Assembly (NCBI GenBank): GCA_041659405.1
Contig: JBAZYK010000004.1
Location: forward strand, 60,001-92,000
Length of the DNA stretch: 32,000 nt
Direction: 5' to 3'
Origin: Candidatus Altimarinota bacterium
Lineage (GTDB): Bacteria; Patescibacteriota; Gracilibacteria; UBA1369
Below the pieces are notes generated by a model. The model made no database searches and was not told where the DNA came from. It was given only the letters and a program-made list of their open reading frames with translations. Below, piece after piece: positions 25,871 through 32,000 of this stretch. How positions within the stretch are numbered: the first letter of the stretch is position 1; every line of letters starts with the position of its first letter. The position numbers and the translations under genes were made by a program.

Positions 25871-26650
25871 ATGTTCTACCCCGATTTTGATCTTTTAGGC
25901 CTAACTGAAACCGAAGGCAAAGTTTATATGGCAACGCTGGAGCTTGGAGGAGGCTACGTTAGCGCGTTAGCCCGCCGAGCCAAACTTCCACGCGTAAACT
26001 GTTACCACACGCTTGAAAACCTGGTTAAAAAGGGCCTGGTGAGCTTTATTACGAAAGATAAGGTTAGGTATTACTCTGCTGAACCGCCGCAAACCATTGT
26101 TCATGCTCTTGAAGAAAAAAGTAAATACGCCCGAAAAATTCTTCCTGAGCTCCTTTCCATCACCAATACGCTCGCCTTTAAGCCAAAAATTAAATATTTT
26201 GAAGGAATGGAAGGAATTAAAAACATTTTGGAAGATGTCTTAACGATGAAAGAAGACCCTTCAACAGCCAAAAAAGAAATGCTCGGTTATTCCAACTTGA
26301 AAGCCTTTGGCGAGATTTTGGATGATTTTATTCCCAATTACGCCGCCGAAAAAATGAAGCGCAACATTAAAACCCGCATTATTTGCCCCAGTAGTTCGGA
26401 AGCATTTTCTTACGTGAAAAATCATTATCCCAAAAATTTCCCACCGGAACTTGTTGAGATTTTATTCGTAAATCCAAAAGAATTCTGGTTCGAACATCAG
26501 ATCATGATTTACAACAACAAAGTGGCAGTTATCTCTTTAAATAAAGAAGAACTGGTTGGGATGATTTTTGAAAGTCCGGTCTATGCGCGCTCGCAAACGG
26601 CAATTTTTAATCTGGCCTGGTTGGGCGCCAGCAGCTTTATTGCGCTGTGA
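25871..26650 (+). CDS. TrmB-family winged-helix transcriptional regulator
   Basis: 259 aa. N-terminal LGLTETEGKVYMATLELGGGYVSALARRAKLPRVNCYHTLENLVKKGLVSFI matches the TrmB-type wHTH pattern. A C-terminal effector-like domain is present. Confidence 0.75.
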   Translation: MFYPDFDLLGLTETEGKVYMATLELGGGYVSALARRAKLPRVNCYHTLENLVKKGLVSFITKDKVRYYSAEPPQTIVHALEEKSKYARKILPELLSITNTLAFKPKIKYFEGMEGIKNILEDVLTMKEDPSTAKKEMLGYSNLKAFGEILDDFIPNYAAEKMKRNIKTRIICPSSSEAFSYVKNHYPKNFPPELVEILFVNPKEFWFEHQIMIYNNKVAVISLNKEELVGMIFESPVYARSQTAIFNLAWLGASSFIAL

Positions 26651-26683
26651 TATAGCCGAATTTCACAAAGTGCGGCGAGCGGC

Positions 26684-28333
26684 TTAATAAATTTCCTTCA
26701 AATAACATTCTTCACAAAGCACTGTTTCCGGCCTTTTCGGAGCGTAAGTTGACTGAAGTTTTTTTGAACAGTTGCTGCAAATTCTTTCAAAAAGTTGTCG
26801 TGGATTACGAATCTGCATCCTTTGTTTATGCCTGCACTCTGAGCAAATTCTTGGCACAGGAATATCCATTTTACGATAAAACTGCAATTCTTGATTAACA
26901 ATTTTGAAATTCTTATGACAATCCAAACAGAGCAAAATTTCGTTAACCATTGCATCTGTAAAATCTTTAATTTGATCCGGAATTTTCAACCTTTGAGGTT
27001 GTGCAGTTTTTTCATCTTCATCCTTCCACTGGAATTTTTCTTTTAGTGCCTGCTCTTTTGTCAGAGGATAATAAGCAGAAGAAGTGGACTCATTATACCC
27101 AAAACAGGCTAAATCCTTTGGCAAAAACTTTCCCCATTCCCCATTTTTTTTCATGTGCTCAACAATTTTCGCATACAATTTTTCATAATCTTCTTTTGAA
27201 TATTTTTTATTTAAAATACAGTATTGCTGATTCTTAAGCCCTGTACAGCCCAAAAGATTTTGGGAATTTTGGATAAAATCGCAATATTGAATATTAGATG
27301 AATCCGCAATGAAAAATGAAAATTGAATATTATAACATTTCATAACAGACACACACTGATACAAAAGCTCAGCATCATCACCCAAAAGGCAGGACTGAAA
27401 ACAATCTTTTTCCTTGCTGGCGAAGATAATATTACGCAAATCCTGGCTTTCACTTACATCAAAACAGTTCTTACAATTTTTACTGTTTTTAATGTAATCA
27501 CCGCTGCAATCCTGGCAGGAAACAGTATGAATATATTTAACTTTTCGCTTCTTTAGTAAATCCAAAAAATCCCCAAAATTCTTTTGCTGCTGCACATAAG
27601 ACCCATTTATCAGCTCCTGCTTTTTTTGCAGATATTCTTCTTTTGAATATTTTTGATTATTGATGCAATAGGATTGATTAGCCAAATTTGTGCACAAAAT
27701 ACATTCGCTGCAACCAATACAGTCACTAATAAAATAACAATTATTACAGTTTTTTGAATCAAAAGTAACCCGGCAACCATATGAATTTAGAGTGTCTCCC
27801 ATCACATAACAAAGCTCGTTAAAATTGCTGTAATCAAGGTCAAGTGAGCCCACGTTGCTCATGCAAAGCGTGCCAAACAAACAGTTTTGATTAAAATCAC
27901 CACCAAAAATTAAATAACTGTCTTTATTTCCATAAGCACTATTGCAGTAATCGCTATTAACAGCATTTATATTTGTTAATGCCAGTCTTGGTACTTGCAA
28001 TTGTAATTCTTTAAACTGTTCAAAAAACGGCCTGTTAAAGTCAAAATCGCGACCATAAGAAAGCGCGTCCCATTTGTCACCGTACCAATAATCGCTTTTA
28101 TAAACCTTATATGGCTTGTCAGACGAATAGATAGAAATAATTGTCTCACCGGTTGCATCACATTTTCTTGTATACAGTGCCCGTTCATTTCTAAAACAAA
28201 GTCTTTGCTTTTGATCACATTCGAAGCATAATTCTTGTGGTTCAAATCCGAATTTTTTAAAACAATCCCAATCTTCCTGCTCGTAAGAAGAAGGCTTCTG
28301 GCACTCTTTGCAATTAAAAGTTACAATCGACAT
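26684..28333 (-). CDS. Cys-rich double-zinc-ribbon repeat protein, paralog 7 of 7 (most divergent)
   Basis: 549 aa from the internal ATG at 28333 (MSIVTFNCKECQKP...); the longer ORF adds 17 unconserved residues. CFECDQKQRLCFRNERALYTRKCD; CILCTNLANQSYCINNQKYSKEEY and GCTGLKNQQYCILNKKYSKEDYEKLYAKIVEHM; C-terminal CLDCHKNFKIVNQELQFYRKMDIPVPRICSECRH...RICSNCS...VLCEECYLKEIY. Confidence 0.9.
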   Translation of the reverse strand: MSIVTFNCKECQKPSSYEQEDWDCFKKFGFEPQELCFECDQKQRLCFRNERALYTRKCDATGETIISIYSSDKPYKVYKSDYWYGDKWDALSYGRDFDFNRPFFEQFKELQLQVPRLALTNINAVNSDYCNSAYGNKDSYLIFGGDFNQNCLFGTLCMSNVGSLDLDYSNFNELCYVMGDTLNSYGCRVTFDSKNCNNCYFISDCIGCSECILCTNLANQSYCINNQKYSKEEYLQKKQELINGSYVQQQKNFGDFLDLLKKRKVKYIHTVSCQDCSGDYIKNSKNCKNCFDVSESQDLRNIIFASKEKDCFQSCLLGDDAELLYQCVSVMKCYNIQFSFFIADSSNIQYCDFIQNSQNLLGCTGLKNQQYCILNKKYSKEDYEKLYAKIVEHMKKNGEWGKFLPKDLACFGYNESTSSAYYPLTKEQALKEKFQWKDEDEKTAQPQRLKIPDQIKDFTDAMVNEILLCLDCHKNFKIVNQELQFYRKMDIPVPRICSECRHKQRMQIRNPRQLFERICSNCSKKLQSTYAPKRPETVLCEECYLKEIY

Positions 28334-28465
28334 GTGAAATAAAAAATCTAAACGGATTATAATAATAGTAGTCCGTAAACGCAATTAACAACCTCCACAA
28401 CCTTCGAGGTCGGCCCAACCTCAAAGGTCGGTTGTAAGAAATAGTCCAATAACCCGTCATAAGAT

Positions 28466-28981
28466 ATGCAAAACATGAATCCCGAAGAAATTGAAAAGGA
28501 GTTTGTAAAAACCTACGATCTGTATGCTGATGCCATTTTTAGGCACTGTTACTTCCGCATTAACGACCGTGAAAGGGCCAAAGATTTAATGCAGGAGGTC
28601 ATGATTAAAGGCTGGCTTTACCTTAAAGAAGGCCAAAAAATTGATAACATCCGGGCGCTCCTTTATAAAATTGCCCACAACATTATCATTGATGAAATCA
28701 GAAAAAAGAAAGCGGTTTCGTTGGATACTTTAAAAGAACAGGGATTTGAACCAGCGGACGAAAAAGATGAATCGGCCGAACTTGAAAAAATAATGGAGGT
28801 GGGAAAAGTTAAAGATTGCCTCCCCAAAATGAATCCAAAATATCGCGAAGTCATTGTAATGAGATACATAGATGAACTCTCAATCAAAGAAATGGCTGAA
28901 ACTCTGGCAGAATCGGAAAACGTCATCTCGGTCAGACTCAATCGCGCAACCAATCAACTTCGACAATTATTAAAAAATTAA
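28466..28981 (+). CDS. ECF-type sigma-70 family RNA polymerase sigma factor
   Basis: 171 aa. Region 2-like YDLYADAIFRHCYFRINDRERAKDLMQEVMIKGW...LYKIAHNIIIDEIRKKK, and region 4 HTH YREVIVMRYIDELSIKEMAETLAESENVISVRLNRATNQLRQLL. Confidence 0.85.
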   Translation: MQNMNPEEIEKEFVKTYDLYADAIFRHCYFRINDRERAKDLMQEVMIKGWLYLKEGQKIDNIRALLYKIAHNIIIDEIRKKKAVSLDTLKEQGFEPADEKDESAELEKIMEVGKVKDCLPKMNPKYREVIVMRYIDELSIKEMAETLAESENVISVRLNRATNQLRQLLKN

Positions 28982-28999
28982 GGCCTAACTTTAAAGAAT

Positions 29000-29908
29000 A
29001 TGAATAACAATTTTAAAAAATCAGTTGCGGATATCAGGCTTACACAAGAGGAAAAAGCCCTTGGCAAACAAAAACTTTTAAAGTTCATGCAGGCCAATCC
29101 CGTAAGAATTTCAAATTCAATACGTCATCAGAGTTGGTCGACATTAGTTCGATCAAATTTTAATTTCTTAACCAAAAATTTCATGAAAGCATTTCTCGTA
29201 AAACCTATCGGCGCAGTTCTGGGACTTCTGATAGTTGGTGGAATTGGCACAAGTTTTGCCGCTCAAGGTAGTATGCCTGGTGATGTCTTATATCCGGTAA
29301 AGATTCATTTCAACGAAAAAGTTGCCGAAATGGTTCAGTTTTCAACAAAAGCAAAGGCCGAAATTGCTTCAGCTCAGGCTCAAACTCGTTTAGAGGAAGC
29401 CGAGAAGTTGGCTGAACAGGGGAAATTGAATAGCGACATTCAGACTGAATTAACCGCTAATTTTAATGAAAAGGTAGCCAAAACAAAGGGTTTGTTTAAA
29501 AAGCAAAAAGCGGAAAATGATCAAGCTGGCGCTAAAGAAGTTCGTGGTAAATTTAATTCTTCTTTAAAAGCTCATCAAAAAGTTTTGGAAAATCTTGCCG
29601 CAAATGGCAGAGGCGACAGTCAGGCATCAGAAGTAATTAACGGGCTTATTACTAATGTGAAATCTTCCATTGATAATGAGAATGAACAGGATGACTTAGG
29701 CGCTAACAAGCAGGAAGATGCGCAAGAAGGAACTCAGGAATCCAATGATGAAGCTCAGGAAACTAATCAAACAACTCAGCCAAAAGTTAGTGTCCCATCG
29801 ACTTCAACTTCCGCCGAAATTAAAACCGAAGATCAGGCCGGACTTGAAACCAAAGATGGCACAGAGCTTAATGTAGAAACTGAAGATGACGTTAGGGTTG
29901 GGTTATAA
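29000..29908 (+). CDS. Single-pass membrane protein with an extracytoplasmic coiled-coil/acidic domain; probable cognate anti-sigma factor (DUF5667-like)
   Basis: 302 aa, starting 18 nt after the sigma gene stop. It has a short cytoplasmic N-terminus, a TM segment GAVLGLLIVGGIGTSFAA, then VLYPVKIHFNEKVAEMV...AQTRLEEAEKLAEQGKL. The anti-sigma role is inferred from position and topology only. Confidence 0.55.
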   Translation: MNNNFKKSVADIRLTQEEKALGKQKLLKFMQANPVRISNSIRHQSWSTLVRSNFNFLTKNFMKAFLVKPIGAVLGLLIVGGIGTSFAAQGSMPGDVLYPVKIHFNEKVAEMVQFSTKAKAEIASAQAQTRLEEAEKLAEQGKLNSDIQTELTANFNEKVAKTKGLFKKQKAENDQAGAKEVRGKFNSSLKAHQKVLENLAANGRGDSQASEVINGLITNVKSSIDNENEQDDLGANKQEDAQEGTQESNDEAQETNQTTQPKVSVPSTSTSAEIKTEDQAGLETKDGTELNVETEDDVRVGL

Positions 29909-29940
29909 TCTCAACAGAAATTTCCATCGTAAATAGACTA

Positions 29941-29974
29941 AAAAAGAGCTTCTTATTGAAAAGAGGCTCTTTTT
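29941..29974 (+). terminator. Rho-independent terminator after the sigma/anti-sigma operon
   Basis: A 9-bp stem aaaaagagc (29941-29949) pairs with gctcttttt (29966-29974), ending in a T run. It lies 33 nt after the stop at 29908. Confidence 0.7.
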
Positions 29975-30028
29975 GGATAATCATAGAGCCGACCAAAACA
30001 CACCACGACGTACAACTTAAATTTCCCC

Positions 30029-31189
30029 ATGCTCAAAACTCAACAGCAACTTTTGGAGGACGAAGCTAAAATATTGGCTTCTTATGCCATGAAAAATGCG
30101 GAAAGTGCCGGACGAGTTTATAAAGAGCCGGAAGATCCTTACAGATTACCTTTTCAACGTGATCGCGCCAGAATTATTCATTCCAAGTCTTTTAGAAGGC
30201 TGCAAGCCAAAACTCAGGTTTTTGTTTCTTATTTTGGCGATCATTATCGTGATCGCATGACACATTCAATTGAAGTCTCGCAAATTGCGCGCGACATTAG
30301 CCGAACTTTGGGTTTAAACGAGGATTTAAGCGAATGTTTGGCACTTGCCCATGATTTGGGTCACCCACCGTTTGGACATGGTGGAGAGGCCGCTTTGGAT
30401 GAAGTTTTGCAACCTTTTGGATTACATTTTGAGCACAATGAACAAAGTCGTCGCATCATTGAGAAACTTGAAAAAATTCATCCGGAATATGATGGACTTA
30501 ATGTCACTAAAGAGGTTTTGGATGGCTTACTTAAGCACCATCCGGAGCTATATAAAAAATATCTGGAGTTTGAAACTTCGCCACATTTGGAAGCCCAGGT
30601 TGTGGATCTTTCGGATGAAATTGCCTATACCAATCACGATATTGATGACGGTCTGCGCTCCGGATTGATTACGATTGAGCAATTACAGCAATTTACACTT
30701 TGGCAAAATGCGGAAAAAATGGTTAGTAACGAAATCGGAACAGGCATTTCATTAGAAGATAATGACAAAAAAGACCGATTTTATTTGCGGGTAATCAGCA
30801 CTTTAATTAAGTTGATGATTCATGATCTTTATTCTACGACCCATGAAAATCTTGAGCGGAATCAGATAAAAACGGTTCATGATGTTAGGGCGCATAAAGG
30901 AATGCTGGTTGGATTTAGCACGGAAATGAAACAACAATTGGCTGATCTGCGCGCATTTTTGATGAAAAATTATTATTTGAATCCCAAGGTTTCTGATGTA
31001 ATTGATAAAGGTAAGCAAATTTTGAAGGATCTTTTCCGGCATTACCTTGACCATCCGGAAAAATTGCCTCATCCTTCAGACGAAAACGTAAAAGCTTCCG
31101 AAAGGCTGGAGGTTGTGATAAAAGATTACTTGGCAGGCATGACCGATCATTATGCCGAAGAGATGCATTCAAAAATTACCAATTCCTAA
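30029..31189 (+). CDS. dgt: dGTPase-like HD-domain deoxynucleoside triphosphate triphosphohydrolase
   Basis: 386 aa. FQRDRARIIHSKSFRRLQAKTQVF, DHYRDRMTHSIEVSQIARDISR and LALAHDLGHPPFGHGGE are hallmark dGTPase/HD motifs. Confidence 0.85.
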   Translation: MLKTQQQLLEDEAKILASYAMKNAESAGRVYKEPEDPYRLPFQRDRARIIHSKSFRRLQAKTQVFVSYFGDHYRDRMTHSIEVSQIARDISRTLGLNEDLSECLALAHDLGHPPFGHGGEAALDEVLQPFGLHFEHNEQSRRIIEKLEKIHPEYDGLNVTKEVLDGLLKHHPELYKKYLEFETSPHLEAQVVDLSDEIAYTNHDIDDGLRSGLITIEQLQQFTLWQNAEKMVSNEIGTGISLEDNDKKDRFYLRVISTLIKLMIHDLYSTTHENLERNQIKTVHDVRAHKGMLVGFSTEMKQQLADLRAFLMKNYYLNPKVSDVIDKGKQILKDLFRHYLDHPEKLPHPSDENVKASERLEVVIKDYLAGMTDHYAEEMHSKITNS

Positions 31190-31198
31190 TCAACAAAA

Positions 31199-31645
31199 AT
31201 GGTCTGTCCAAAGTGCAAACAGGATGACACCAGAGTGCTGGATTCACGCGACACGCACGAGAAAAAAGAGATTCGTCGTCGTCGTGAATGTATTAAATGT
31301 CAGCACCGTTTTACCACTTTTGAAAGAGTGGAAACGGCCAATTTTATTGTTATTAAAAGAGACAATTCCCGTGAAAGTTATGACCGTGAAAAGCTGGCGC
31401 GCGGCGTTTGGAAAGCCTGCGAGAAAAGGCCGGTTACCCAGGAACGTGTCGAAAAACTATTAAATGAAATCGAAGAAGAATTGGGGAATTTTGGTAAAGA
31501 AATTCCCAGTAAAATGTTGGGCGAAGCACTCATGGAAAAGCTTAAGAAACTGGACGAAGTGGCTTACATCCGCTTTGCATCCGTGTATCGCCAATTTAAA
31601 GATTTGGAGAGTTTCAAAAAGGAACTCCAAAAATTGATTGACTAG
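31199..31645 (+). CDS. nrdR: Transcriptional repressor NrdR (zinc ribbon plus ATP-cone)
   Basis: 148 aa. MVCPKCKQDDTRVLDSRD...IRRRRECIKCQHRFTTFERVE is the NrdR zinc-ribbon signature, followed by an ATP-cone-like region. Confidence 0.9.
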   Translation: MVCPKCKQDDTRVLDSRDTHEKKEIRRRRECIKCQHRFTTFERVETANFIVIKRDNSRESYDREKLARGVWKACEKRPVTQERVEKLLNEIEEELGNFGKEIPSKMLGEALMEKLKKLDEVAYIRFASVYRQFKDLESFKKELQKLID

Positions 31646-31746
31646 AAAAACCGTCCCATCCGCATTTTTCAGCCATTTTTTTGTAATACAAAACTCGACG
31701 AAGAGTTGTATTTAGTGTAAGAAGAAACCTAATCATCACTTTATAT

Positions 31747-31774
31747 TTGACATATATTCTGTATGTGTTATAAT
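31747..31774 (+). promoter_or_regulatory. Near-consensus sigma-70 promoter (TTGACA, 16-nt spacer, TGtTATAAT)
   Basis: TTGACA at 31747-31752 and TATAAT at 31769-31774, preceded by a TG at 31766-31767 (extended -10). It lies 30 nt upstream of the GTG at 31804. Confidence 0.6.
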
Positions 31775-31803
31775 TTGATGATTCATTTATTTACATAAAA
31801 ACC

Positions 31804-32000
31804 GTGAAAAATCTTGATAAAAAAATTCTACTCTTCATTGTCTTCGGTCTTGTTTTTGCAACACCGGGACTTATGGCAAAACTTGCCAACTGGCAGGATC
31901 TTCAAAACAAAACAAACGAATTAAAAGCAAGTCCGGTTGTTTTGCAGGCTAATGTAAATAATCCAGTCGTGACTATAGTAAGCCAACAGCCGGTAACTCA
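31804..32000 (+). CDS. 5' part of a membrane/secreted protein ORF running off the window (putative GTG start)
   Basis: Hand translation gives VKNLDKKILLFIVFGLVFATPGLMAKLANWQDLQNKTNELKASPVVLQANVNNPVVTIVSQQPVT..., with no stop before the window end. It has a hydrophobic N-terminal segment and an in-frame stop upstream at 31771. Confidence 0.4.
   Translation, partial: MKNLDKKILLFIVFGLVFATPGLMAKLANWQDLQNKTNELKASPVVLQANVNNPVVTIVSQQPVT

Larger units (their letters stand above)
11971..28333 (-). other. Array of seven Cys-rich double-zinc-ribbon paralogs in four minus-strand blocks, with an embedded VirD4-like ATPase and interleaved plus-strand regulator/TA genes
   Basis: The seven ORFs are colinear along their whole length (see individual entries) and all lie on the minus strand. 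The blocks are 28333-26684, 25587-20504, 20054-16665 and 15910-11971. Confidence 0.9.

Noticed and set aside
11971-28384. Regularly spaced conserved ~35-50-nt segments recurring about every 1.7 kb, considered as a possible CRISPR-like or iteron array
   Set aside because: The recurring segments are the conserved 3' ends and internal motifs of the protein-coding paralogs. The spacing equals the gene length, and there are no short repeat-spacer units.

Overview
This is a low-GC (about 40% by eye), gene-dense bacterial window with no rRNA, tRNA or CRISPR array that I could recognise. It splits into three parts.

(1) 1-11.9 kb is a cell-envelope locus. It holds a tyrosine recombinase beside a repeat-rich ORF-free stretch, and four secreted or anchored proteins with C-terminal SLH-type wall anchors. 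Two are giant (883 and 1083 aa) and two are smaller paralogs. A DUF4143-type AAA ATPase sits between the two giants.

(2) 11.97-28.3 kb is the unusual part. It contains seven minus-strand paralogs (549-578 aa) of an uncharacterised, very cysteine-rich protein family. They have no signal peptide. Each has a double zinc-ribbon module at both termini and an internally duplicated Cys-ladder core.
- The array falls into four co-directional blocks. A soluble VirD4/TraD-like P-loop ATPase heads one block, tightly coupled to one paralog.
- Each block is preceded by a divergently transcribed plus-strand DNA-binding gene: a Phd/RelE toxin-antitoxin pair, an AbrB/MazE-like protein, a TrmB-like regulator, and an ECF sigma factor with a putative anti-sigma partner.
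- The array also carries a decayed relic of an eighth paralog and a GC-rich hairpin-bearing in-frame insertion in one copy.

(3) 30-32 kb is housekeeping: a dGTPase-like HD hydrolase, NrdR, and a near-consensus promoter followed by a truncated membrane-protein ORF.

The gene content suggests an uncultivated, small-genome lineage (possibly CPR/Patescibacteria-like). That is inference only. All domain calls come from motif recognition by eye, and no database search was possible.
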